From a virus, in the UHGV virus genome UHGV-0288412: DNA of 27,321 nucleotides; one strand, given 5' to 3'. Within the stretch, counting starts at the first letter, position 1, and each line of letters opens with the position of its first letter. The notes beneath the pieces were generated by a model, which ran no database searches, was not told the DNA's origin, and saw nothing but the letters and a program-made list of their open reading frames with translations. The position numbers and the translations under genes were made by a program. Below are positions 1-7,846 of the stretch, one piece after another.

Positions 1-300
1 ATCTGTGTTGCGTCTTATGGTGTGTTCTCTACTGGTGTTTCCATCAAGAACTTGCATCATGTTATTTTCGGTCATCCAGTGAAGGAATCAACTATCGTTC
101 GTCAGAGTATCGGTCGTGCATTGCGTAAACATGGTTCTAAGGATATTGCTACCGTTTGGGATCTTATCGATCATTTGTGTATATTCGGTCGTAACGGAAA
201 AGTCAAGCATAAAAATTATGCGGTAAAACATGCACTTGAGAGAATCCGCTATTATCTAACCGACAAGTTCAGCTATGCAACTAAAACAATTGCTATATAA
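1..300 (+). CDS. Helicase, C-terminal fragment (5' end lies outside the window)
   Basis: Frame is open from base 1 (ICVASYGVFSTGVSIKNLHHVIFGHP...); contains RQSIGRALR, which resembles helicase motif VI (Q-x-x-G-R-x-x-R) of SF2 helicase C-terminal domains. Stop at 298-300, followed by a hairpin terminator. Confidence 0.55.
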   Translation: MCVASYGVFSTGVSIKNLHHVIFGHPVKESTIVRQSIGRALRKHGSKDIATVWDLIDHLCIFGRNGKVKHKNYAVKHALERIRYYLTDKFSYATKTIAI

Positions 301-301
301 C

Positions 302-334
302 AAAAAAGCGCCTCTAGTGGGCGCTTTAATTTTA
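302..334. terminator. Bidirectional rho-independent terminator between convergent genes
   Basis: AGCGCC-tctagtg-GGCGCT hairpin (307-325) flanked by an A-run upstream and a T-rich run downstream; sits between the plus-strand helicase stop (300) and the minus-strand endolysin stop (332). Confidence 0.6.
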
Positions 335-685
335 TCCATTCCATCGTGATTTTTTCGATCTGGAATCGATATGCGTAAAGGTTTTATATTTTCCTAAGCC
401 GTATTGAGTAGGATATTTCCCATCAAGATAAGCATGAACAATATCAGGCGAGACACCCTTGATAACAATGTCAGCCGCGCGGCCTCGAACATGATAGCTA
501 TTGGTTGCGCCGCCTACATTCTTGTTATGAGTCGGGCAACGGTTCCCACTGTTAATAATCACTGGTTTACCGAAGTGCTCTCGTACATCCTCAAGAATCA
601 CCAGTAATTCAGCGTCGATTGTATCATAATCACATTTTCCGCATTTACATTTAAATTCCTTGCGAGAAAAATGCTTACTTAACAT
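332..685 (-). CDS. Endolysin, zinc peptidase M15 family (DD-/LD-peptidase-like)
   Basis: 117 aa; SGNRCPTHNKNVGGATNSYHVRGRAADI and a downstream H-x-D (THID) match the Zn-binding His/Asp signature of M15 peptidoglycan peptidases as I recall it; size typical of phage L-alanyl-D-glutamate peptidase endolysins. Confidence 0.65.
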   Translation of the reverse strand: MLSKHFSRKEFKCKCGKCDYDTIDAELLVILEDVREHFGKPVIINSGNRCPTHNKNVGGATNSYHVRGRAADIVIKGVSPDIVHAYLDGKYPTQYGLGKYKTFTHIDSRSKKSRWNG

Positions 686-694
686 ATTACCCCC

Positions 695-1042
695 TTAGAT
701 CATTTCGAAGATATAACCAATAAAGCGCATACCCTTGATATAATAAGGAGCAGTGCCTACACACACCGCGCGTGCATCACCCAGACAGTTAAAGCTATAA
801 GGATTAACCACATCAACTTCTTGTCCTACACGAAAACGATACTTAGGACGTTTAGCCAATGTAGCGACACAAAACACGGTCCCTTTTTCATGATCGCGGA
901 TACATTCTTTATATTGTTTATGTTTAACTCTCTTCGCCTCAAAATCATGTGTCATGGATTCTGGGCTAATGCCATTGATAAAAATACCGGAAAGCTGGTC
1001 GACCGGATAAGTAGGAAATTCAGTGAAAATATTTTTAGCCAT
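695..1042 (-). CDS. Hypothetical protein (115 aa)
   Basis: Clean ORF immediately upstream of the endolysin on the same strand; no transmembrane segment, so not an obvious holin; no motif recognised. Confidence 0.4.
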   Translation of the reverse strand: MAKNIFTEFPTYPVDQLSGIFINGISPESMTHDFEAKRVKHKQYKECIRDHEKGTVFCVATLAKRPKYRFRVGQEVDVVNPYSFNCLGDARAVCVGTAPYYIKGMRFIGYIFEMI

Positions 1043-1080
1043 GTTATACCCCCATAAGATTCTATGAGGGTATTTATGGA

Positions 1081-1764
1081 TTAAACGTATCTCATGCGCG
1101 ATTTAATGTGCTTATTAATGTTCTTAAGCATCATTTCCTCGTTGCTTTCCCACGATCCTAGCGTCGAATAACGAGTAGAAATTTTATCCGACTTAACGGC
1201 AACAATTCGCTTACTCTGTTTCTGGATGCGTTTCTCTAAGCGACGTTTTGCCACCGCCGATCCATTCTTAGCGCGTTTGGTTCGGGATTTCTTAGGCTTG
1301 TACTTCTTCATGATAAAAGTCCCTTCCTTGTTCTCTACCTTGATGAAGTTGCCGTTTTCGATGTTACGCATCATCTTACCGCCTTTGATGGCCTTAATGT
1401 TCCCGTGGGCGTCTAAGACCTTACCGTTAGCGATTGGCACTAGCTTATTGATTTTGCCACCATCGAAATAGTGTTTCAGATAGTCATCCTGACTGCCGAT
1501 CTTCTTGTCCTTATCCCTTGCGCCCTTGATGAAGATTTGGTGTCTGGTCCCTGATCGGTTCTTGTAGTTGGTATTACCTACAGCTTGCTGAGTCCATCGA
1601 GTAGGTCTATCAACATTCTTGTTAATCTTCTTCTGGAGTGCTCTGGAAGCAAAGATCGCCCCTTCCCCTATCGCCTTTTCGAATGTATCGGTTGCTTTAT
1701 CAGTCCATTGGCGTAACGCTTTCTTAGTCCTTAGAGCGTTTCGTTTATTGGTACTGGTTGCCAT
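1081..1764 (-). CDS. Hypothetical highly basic protein (227 aa)
   Basis: Long ORF, very Lys/Arg-rich (KKYKPKKSRTKRAKNGSAVAKRRLEKRIQKQSKR); consistent with a nucleic-acid-binding or internal virion protein; function not assignable from sequence alone. Confidence 0.4.
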   Translation of the reverse strand: MATSTNKRNALRTKKALRQWTDKATDTFEKAIGEGAIFASRALQKKINKNVDRPTRWTQQAVGNTNYKNRSGTRHQIFIKGARDKDKKIGSQDDYLKHYFDGGKINKLVPIANGKVLDAHGNIKAIKGGKMMRNIENGNFIKVENKEGTFIMKKYKPKKSRTKRAKNGSAVAKRRLEKRIQKQSKRIVAVKSDKISTRYSTLGSWESNEEMMLKNINKHIKSRMRYV

Positions 1765-1765
1765 G

Positions 1766-1936
1766 TTAGCCCCCTAATAACGAAAAGACCCCCGCCAGTG
1801 TCCTTAGCAATTGTTCATCCACGGTCATAGCCGGGAGTTCAAGCCCAAAGGACGTAAGCAGAGGTCTAATTGCTACGTTATAAGTGAGGGCGATAATCAA
1901 GAGATAACCAAAATATTTCTTAAGTTTATTCTTCAT
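1766..1936 (-). CDS. Small membrane protein (56 aa from the internal Met; possible holin or exclusion protein)
   Basis: Start chosen at MKNKLKKYFGYLLIIALTYNVAI because it follows an AAAGGGGTGA Shine-Dalgarno and avoids overlap with the upstream gene; N-terminal hydrophobic helix and hydrophobic C-terminus; no lipobox Cys. Confidence 0.4.
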   Translation of the reverse strand: MKNKLKKYFGYLLIIALTYNVAIRPLLTSFGLELPAMTVDEQLLRTLAGVFSLLGG

Positions 1937-1955
1937 ATATTCACCCCTTTTATTA

Positions 1956-2234
1956 TTATTTTTGTTTGAGTATGTCGAGAACTTGGTCAAATTTAGCGTC
2001 CATCGCAACCACTTTCTTTTCTATACCGTGAAGGGTTTGTTCCATTCGATAAACTCTCTCGGCGATCTGGTCGTGGTTATTCTGCATTGTTTCAAACTTC
2101 TGATTAAACAATGCATCATTGGACTCTAATTTCGACAATCTATTTTCAGTTGCTAATTGATTTCGGTGAAGTCTCCAAAGACCACCACAAATTAAGGCGA
2201 TAACACCGATACCGCCATATATAATTTCAGTCAT
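1956..2234 (-). CDS. Membrane-anchored coiled-coil protein (92 aa; i-spanin-like topology or exclusion protein)
   Basis: N-terminal TM helix (IIYGGIGVIALICGGLW) followed by a charged, heptad-like region; GGGGG Shine-Dalgarno 5 nt upstream of the ATG. Confidence 0.45.
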   Translation of the reverse strand: MTEIIYGGIGVIALICGGLWRLHRNQLATENRLSKLESNDALFNQKFETMQNNHDQIAERVYRMEQTLHGIEKKVVAMDAKFDQVLDILKQK

Positions 2235-2287
2235 TACGCCCCCGATATTTTTATATAGTTTAATGGCAAAATTATTTAGATAAAAAT

Positions 2288-2321
2288 AATCCCGCCTAAC
2301 TCAAAAGAATTAAGCGGGATT
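2288..2321 (-). terminator. Rho-independent terminator downstream of the J-like gene
   Basis: On the minus strand AATCCCGCTTAATTC-TTTT-GAGTTAGGCGGGATT forms a roughly 15-bp stem (two G-U pairs) followed by a U-rich run (AUUUUUAU). Confidence 0.6.
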
Positions 2322-2340
2322 AATTATTAAAATTAAATTT

Positions 2341-5300
2341 TTAAGAAACAGTAATACCGGTAGTTGCTTTTTTAGTTACCATTACTGTTAAATCACTGAT
2401 CCATGTGCTAGGCGTCCAGTTGTTGATTGCGCTTGATTGCACTTCAAAGGTCAAGGTCACAGCACCTTTACCCGCTGGCATATCAATAACACCTGAGTAA
2501 AGACCAGTATTACCGCCATACGCCCTATTATACAACTCTGACCCATTCTTACGAACAATCAGGCGACAGGTGTCGTAATAGGTATTATTGTTCGACCCTT
2601 CACGCGCTCGCAATCCACCAAAACTAACAGCCGGAATAACGATTTGACGATCGAACTTGTGATCATCTTCAACGCGAACAGTGACCGTACCCTGTGGATA
2701 ACCAGCATAACCATTATCAACGTTAACATCACGATGCGGGAACTTACGTCCAATCACCTTAACGAAATCACCCTTAACCTGAGTAGCTTCGAGCATACCC
2801 TTAATAACACAGCTAGAGTTAATCGTGACGTTGTTCAGAGTACCAGAATCAGCCGTGATATTACCTTTAACGGTAGCGTTCATGAACGTAGCGGACCCGT
2901 TCTTGTTGATATGCCATCCGGTCGATCCGTTCCAGTTGGAAGACTGGATATAGTTACCGATTTTAGCGTTATCAATTGCACCGTTTACGATCTTCGCGTT
3001 AGTGATTGCCCCGTCCTGAATCTTCGCGCTGTTAATTGCAGCATTGCCGATTTTAGCCGTGGTAATCGCCGCATCATTAATCTGGGCTGTACCAATTGCA
3101 GCATTACGAATCATCGCATTATCGAGATAAACCTTGTTACCTTCGATACCAAACGGGCATACTTCCGATCCGTTCTGTGGAGCTACCGCAATTTTATCAG
3201 CATTAAAGATGATTCTCGTCGGTTGCGCCGGATCGTTGGTTGCGCTCATGTGAATACCAGCCACGCGACCATCTGCATTAACCGCCAGATTATATTTGCT
3301 GTTAATGGTTCCCCTCAAAGCATCGATTTTTACATCTGCTTCCTGATTCACACCAGCAATCTTGCCATCCATTTCTACCCGAACTTGGTCAATCTTACTT
3401 GCGCTTGCTGCTTCACTGGTAGCAATAGCTTGTTTCAGGGTAGTAGCAGATGCACTAACTTCTTTGGTGATATCGCCTTTCAGTTCAGCTTTAACCTGAT
3501 CAATCTTAGTGGAGCTAGCTTGCTCGCTGGTAGCAATCAGACTCTTTAAGGTATTGGCTGAGGCTTGGACCGTCTGCCCTGTTTCGGTAGTGATTTGCTT
3601 ATGCATTGCATCAATTTTAGCATCGGCATTAGCGCCAGCTTGAGCAATAGCATCCGCGATAGTTTCATCTAAGCGGTCTTGTAAACCAATCAGGTCTTCC
3701 AGTGCTTCTTTGTCCTGATCGTCCCAGCTAATTGTAGATCTCATTTGCATGAAATAAGGTTCAGACCAAACAGCATCATCCATACCGAAAATATCGTAAT
3801 GTGCCGCACGAAGATAATAATCACCATCAGCCAAATCAAAGGAAGTATGGCTAACACTATTCGTGCTTACTGCCCTTGCATCGGAGAAAGTGTTATCGGT
3901 TGCATACTGGATGATTGACCCTGCATAATCATGTTCTACGTCATCTGCCCAGCTAACAAACACACTATTAAAGCCACCACGCGCACTAAAACCTTTCATT
4001 GGCTTATGTTGTGGGTTGATAGCCACTAAACGCGCTGGGGCGCTCTCTGAGTTGTTATAGCCCTTAGCCGATACTTCTACCGTCAGTTGACGCGAAAGGC
4101 CGTTAAACTGGTTCATATCAAGCGTATAAGTCCATGATTCAGGATCGCGGGTACGGTACTGAATAGACTTACCAGCCTTGTTAGTCACCTTGATAATGTA
4201 TGCTTCAAACAGGTCACTAAACTTGTTAGTTTCACCGTTGATCTCAACATCTAAGCCTTGCTGGTTTTCCCATTCGATAATCAGATCATTACCTTCGAAA
4301 GTTCCTGGCGTGCTACCCTGATTTTTGATTCGAATAACCGGAGTCGGCAATTCATAGGTAACAGTCGGATTCTGGTTAATCAGTTCTACCCAATCGGATC
4401 GAGCGATGATACCGAAAGCACAAACTCGGTAATCATAAGAGCGATCTTTCGCCAGTGCATTGACACTGAAAATTTGCTGTGAAGTCTGTCCCAGCTTAAT
4501 CCAGTTAGGTGATCCGCTTACACGGTAATCAATCTGGAAACCATAACGGTTAAAATCTTCCGGTGCATCCCATGTCAAAGTAACATTTTTACCGTAAATC
4601 GTCTCGCCAGTTGCCTTAATTCTGAAATTAGTAGGCTTCTGTACTGTCATTGAATCCGGTAAACCACTTGGTCGGTTATCTGGGTTAGCCGCATAGTTCA
4701 GGTCAGTATAAACCTGAGAATTATATTCTGTAGCGGTGATAGTCATCATCCCAGCAATACCAGAATCAATCGAGCGATCAATTGCAGTAATACGCCATAA
4801 GGAATTATTCAGCTTCAATTCATCATAGGTTACGCTGATAACGTCCCATACTTCGGCAGTGAATGCGTCAGTAGTCATAAAGCTGATAACCTGAGTGATA
4901 CGAGATTTATTTCGTTCAATACTCGCAAGTTTATCAATCTGGGCTTTAGACTTAACAAAACGATATTCAATATCTTTAGCGATAATTCGACCATCTTGAC
5001 GAATAGTAGCATCGTTTTCAGCATCAGCCGGATAACGTAGCATTTGCTCGGAATAGTCGATTGATGGTTCCTGATACATCGCGTTAATGGTATTGAAATA
5101 ACCGTTAGTGCCACCTGTTTTCAGTGATACTTTCCCCATCATAATATTGTCTTCATTGAAGGTATGCTTAACAATATCAGGAGCATCCAGTTTCAGGGTA
5201 ATACGTCCAAAGGATTCGAACATCACCCCGCCGAAAGTCTGCATAAGGCTAGTCAAGTTCTCTTTAAAGCTGGCGTTCGGATCACATGCACCGTTTGAAT

Positions 5301-6117
5301 GTAGATCCATCTGGCGTACTTGTTTACGTACTTTCAGGAATGAATCAACGTTAATGTTTTCAATTGGTACGGATAAGCCATATTTTTCATTTGTTAGGTA
5401 GTGGAAAATCTGATCCACGCCGTTAGTGCTAGCCTCAATAGCATTGGTTTCAAGGTTACGGATTTTAAGGCCGCAAACGTCTACTGCTACCTGGCTATTT
5501 GGCTGGAGAATATCAACACCAGCAGCAAGAGATTTGTCATCGCGACGCAACACAATACACATGGTTGCAATACCATTGCCTTTGTAGTTGTCGTTCCAGT
5601 CTGACCCTAAATGACGTTTTGCCAGTGACAATGCGGTGTTAGGATTCTTACCAGTGCGGAACTCAACCTCTAAGACTTTCCGGTATTCTTCTTTAATGTT
5701 GCCTTTGTCCAGTACACCATCACGGATCGTCATGTTCTTACCAACAAGAACATTTTTGTTATCGATAAACAGTGCTTTGTAATGGTCGATTTCACCCTCG
5801 GCAATAGCGAAGATTTGCACTAACTTATTGTTTTCTTGCTTGGAAATTGCTTTGTAAACGCAGATTGCACCCGTGCGGGTAGTACCGAAAATAACGGGTA
5901 ATACTGTCTTAGGATCGTTTGATGTTCCTAGTGTCACCGCATTATCTGGGCTTTGTACTTTCGGTGTTTTTGGTGCGCCTACAGTGGAAGCGATCAAAGT
6001 CATTGCACCAGCAGCCATACCGATAGCGACTGCGGTCATAACCGAAAATGTTGCGGCTGCCGCCATCCCAGCCGAAGCACCAGCAATAACCGCGCCTACC
6101 AATACTTCAAATCCCAT
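2341..6117 (-). CDS. Central tail fibre / tail tip protein, lambda gpJ-like (1258 aa)
   Basis: Size and position at the end of the M/L/K tip gene block; the last ~150 aa (GNITADSGTLNNVTINSSC...DRQIVIP...GVIDMPAGKGAVTLTFE...MVTKKATTGITVS) align by eye with my recollection of the lambda J receptor-binding C-terminus; start overlaps the upstream stop (TAATG). Confidence 0.8.
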   Translation of the reverse strand: MGFEVLVGAVIAGASAGMAAAATFSVMTAVAIGMAAGAMTLIASTVGAPKTPKVQSPDNAVTLGTSNDPKTVLPVIFGTTRTGAICVYKAISKQENNKLVQIFAIAEGEIDHYKALFIDNKNVLVGKNMTIRDGVLDKGNIKEEYRKVLEVEFRTGKNPNTALSLAKRHLGSDWNDNYKGNGIATMCIVLRRDDKSLAAGVDILQPNSQVAVDVCGLKIRNLETNAIEASTNGVDQIFHYLTNEKYGLSVPIENINVDSFLKVRKQVRQMDLHSNGACDPNASFKENLTSLMQTFGGVMFESFGRITLKLDAPDIVKHTFNEDNIMMGKVSLKTGGTNGYFNTINAMYQEPSIDYSEQMLRYPADAENDATIRQDGRIIAKDIEYRFVKSKAQIDKLASIERNKSRITQVISFMTTDAFTAEVWDVISVTYDELKLNNSLWRITAIDRSIDSGIAGMMTITATEYNSQVYTDLNYAANPDNRPSGLPDSMTVQKPTNFRIKATGETIYGKNVTLTWDAPEDFNRYGFQIDYRVSGSPNWIKLGQTSQQIFSVNALAKDRSYDYRVCAFGIIARSDWVELINQNPTVTYELPTPVIRIKNQGSTPGTFEGNDLIIEWENQQGLDVEINGETNKFSDLFEAYIIKVTNKAGKSIQYRTRDPESWTYTLDMNQFNGLSRQLTVEVSAKGYNNSESAPARLVAINPQHKPMKGFSARGGFNSVFVSWADDVEHDYAGSIIQYATDNTFSDARAVSTNSVSHTSFDLADGDYYLRAAHYDIFGMDDAVWSEPYFMQMRSTISWDDQDKEALEDLIGLQDRLDETIADAIAQAGANADAKIDAMHKQITTETGQTVQASANTLKSLIATSEQASSTKIDQVKAELKGDITKEVSASATTLKQAIATSEAASASKIDQVRVEMDGKIAGVNQEADVKIDALRGTINSKYNLAVNADGRVAGIHMSATNDPAQPTRIIFNADKIAVAPQNGSEVCPFGIEGNKVYLDNAMIRNAAIGTAQINDAAITTAKIGNAAINSAKIQDGAITNAKIVNGAIDNAKIGNYIQSSNWNGSTGWHINKNGSATFMNATVKGNITADSGTLNNVTINSSCVIKGMLEATQVKGDFVKVIGRKFPHRDVNVDNGYAGYPQGTVTVRVEDDHKFDRQIVIPAVSFGGLRAREGSNNNTYYDTCRLIVRKNGSELYNRAYGGNTGLYSGVIDMPAGKGAVTLTFEVQSSAINNWTPSTWISDLTVMVTKKATTGITVS
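2930..3130 (-). repeat. In-frame octapeptide-type repeats within the J-like gene
   Basis: Encodes NAAIGTAQINDAAITTAKIGNAAINSAKIQDGAITNAKIVNGAIDNAKIG; visible as ~24-bp periodicity in the DNA (aat tgc/acc gcc att ...). Confidence 0.5.
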
Positions 6118-6536
6118 TATTCACCCCCGAATCTATAAACTTGTTCATAGTCAATGTCTGAAACAGGAATGGTCATCCAGATACCATCTTCTTCAACGAG
6201 GCCATAACCGGAATAATGAGGAACTACGGAATAATAATTACGGTTTCCTAATTTGTGGGCTGTGACCAGTAAGTCGCCGTCCTGTAAATCATCAGTGACT
6301 AATTTGAAATGTTTCTTAATTGGTTGAAGGATATTTGAATACCCGCTTAATTCTTTGCAGATTTTCAAGCCTTCTTCTTTAGTTGAATATTTTTTATAAA
6401 GAGAATTATATAGGTCAGTACCAGCGAGAATATCGATGATCTTACATGCAATGAGATTGCAATCATTCTCGCCTTGAACGAACTCCTGACCTATTAAAGA
6501 ATTGATGTAATCGGTGATAAGCCTAGTTTTTAGCAT
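6117..6536 (-). CDS. Tail tip assembly protein, NlpC/P60-like (lambda gpK-like), 139 aa from the internal start
   Basis: Start placed at MLKTRL (ATG 6534-6536), which follows GGAGG and does not overlap the upstream gene; ENDCNLIACKII carries a candidate catalytic Cys with His residues downstream; position between the L-like and J-like genes as in lambda. Confidence 0.55.
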   Translation of the reverse strand: MLKTRLITDYINSLIGQEFVQGENDCNLIACKIIDILAGTDLYNSLYKKYSTKEEGLKICKELSGYSNILQPIKKHFKLVTDDLQDGDLLVTAHKLGNRNYYSVVPHYSGYGLVEEDGIWMTIPVSDIDYEQVYRFGGE

Positions 6537-6582
6537 GTTGAATACCTCCATGCTGTTATTTACTAGGCTTAGGGAGAAGGGA

Positions 6583-7236
6583 TTATTTCTTAGAAGAATG
6601 CCACTTGCTTTCGCTATTCCACTTCCCGGCACGGGAGAAGAATAGATCGTTCTCGTTTCCAACATAGGATCGGTGGATACCATCGGAGGCATGACTACGA
6701 GCGTTTTTATCTAGAACTTCCCAGATACTATTAAGCTGAAATTCTGATTCGTTTTTACACTCATCATCTTCATGTTCGATGTTAATCCCGATGGAATCGA
6801 CTACCCCACGGAAAACAGGGTAAGTGGTTTCAACTTTGCCCGTGTTGGGGTTCAGGAACACCATCTCGATTTTCACATCTGATTTATCGAATTGCTTGTT
6901 TCGAATGAGAGTAATGTATTCTTCGCGAACGTTAGAAACGGTTACGTTGATCCCGTTGTTGTTGATCTCCTTCTCTTCGGTATTCGATGAGATTTGAAGA
7001 AAATCACCCGTTGCGAGATACGTAAATCCGTTATAGTCCAAATCGAAATACCCATCAGTAAGCCGTAGAACGTCCCCTGACGCTGTAATCACTTCGATAA
7101 TGTGAAACATCGATCCAGTGGAAAAAAGCTGCGGTAGCGTCAATCTAGACACGTTCTGACCTGTCTGGTCGTTGTATACCTCAATGAAGTCAAGATTAGT
7201 GCATAGTTTGCTGAATGATTCCTGAATAGTTGCCAT
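6583..7236 (-). CDS. Minor tail protein (lambda gpL-like position), 217 aa from the internal start
   Basis: Start at MATIQESF overlaps the upstream stop as TAATG (translational coupling); position between the M-like and K-like genes. Confidence 0.5.
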   Translation of the reverse strand: MATIQESFSKLCTNLDFIEVYNDQTGQNVSRLTLPQLFSTGSMFHIIEVITASGDVLRLTDGYFDLDYNGFTYLATGDFLQISSNTEEKEINNNGINVTVSNVREEYITLIRNKQFDKSDVKIEMVFLNPNTGKVETTYPVFRGVVDSIGINIEHEDDECKNESEFQLNSIWEVLDKNARSHASDGIHRSYVGNENDLFFSRAGKWNSESKWHSSKK

Positions 7237-7796
7237 TATACATTCTCCACTAATTCGAATTTCATCTTGCCAATCTGGGCGATCTTCCAATCGATGTTTT
7301 CAGTTTTGAGAACAAATTCGCCTTCTACGTTTTGATACTTGATCACCTCACCCGCCAGGACGTTCTGACGCAAGTTAGGGAAGAGTTTCATTTCACCACC
7401 TGATTTCACATCTTCGGTGATCGTGTAGATTTTCTTGTGGTTCTCAAACTGGATGACAGTTCCCGCTTTCAGTGTTCCGGTGAAGTTGGAGATTCTCACC
7501 TTACGCCCACCGCGAGCAGTACCAGCAGCAGCCGTTACCATCTGGCGTACATCACCTGTATATTTTGAAAAGTAAGACAGTGGCACATTGAAAGGACGAC
7601 CAAAAAGGTGACGTGCTACAAATTCTTTTACTTCGTTAATATCCTGAGCCATGAAATTAGCTGTAAATTCTGCTTCATAAAAATGGATGCCAGTAAAGCG
7701 ACGCTGGAACTTACCGGAGATAGATTGCGCCTTGAAGAAAGGCTGTTTTGATTTAAGAGTAAAATCTGTGATTTTAATATTTTTGGATTTGAACAT
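7236..7796 (-). CDS. Minor tail protein / distal tail protein (gpM-position), 186 aa
   Basis: Directly downstream of the tape measure gene and coupled to the next gene; no specific motif recognised. Confidence 0.5.
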   Translation of the reverse strand: MFKSKNIKITDFTLKSKQPFFKAQSISGKFQRRFTGIHFYEAEFTANFMAQDINEVKEFVARHLFGRPFNVPLSYFSKYTGDVRQMVTAAAGTARGGRKVRISNFTGTLKAGTVIQFENHKKIYTITEDVKSGGEMKLFPNLRQNVLAGEVIKYQNVEGEFVLKTENIDWKIAQIGKMKFELVENV

Positions 7797-7846
7797 AGAA
7801 AAGCCCCCGTAGTTTTATGATTATTTATCACTATGGGGGCTTTTAA

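Noticed and set aside
1937-2008. Longer N-terminal start (MRWTLNL...) for the small membrane protein
   Set aside because: It would overlap the upstream gene by 53 nt, whereas the internal Met has a good Shine-Dalgarno.
2644-3549. 301-aa plus-strand ORF antisense to the J-like gene
   Set aside because: Low-complexity, Asn/Ser/Ile-rich translation with no start context; it is the mirror of the repetitive J coding sequence.
6537-6692. Longer N-terminal start (MPPMVSTD...) for the K-like gene, overlapping the L-like gene
   Set aside because: The internal start at 6536 has a GGAGG Shine-Dalgarno and removes a 110-nt out-of-frame overlap; the upstream part is probably not translated.
7237-7290. 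Longer N-terminal start (MEDRPDWQ...) for the L-like gene
   Set aside because: The start at 7236 forms a TAATG stop-start junction with the upstream gene, the typical coupled arrangement.
7628-7831. 67-aa minus-strand ORF overlapping the M-like gene
   Set aside because: Alternate-frame ORF inside a supported gene; no independent signals.
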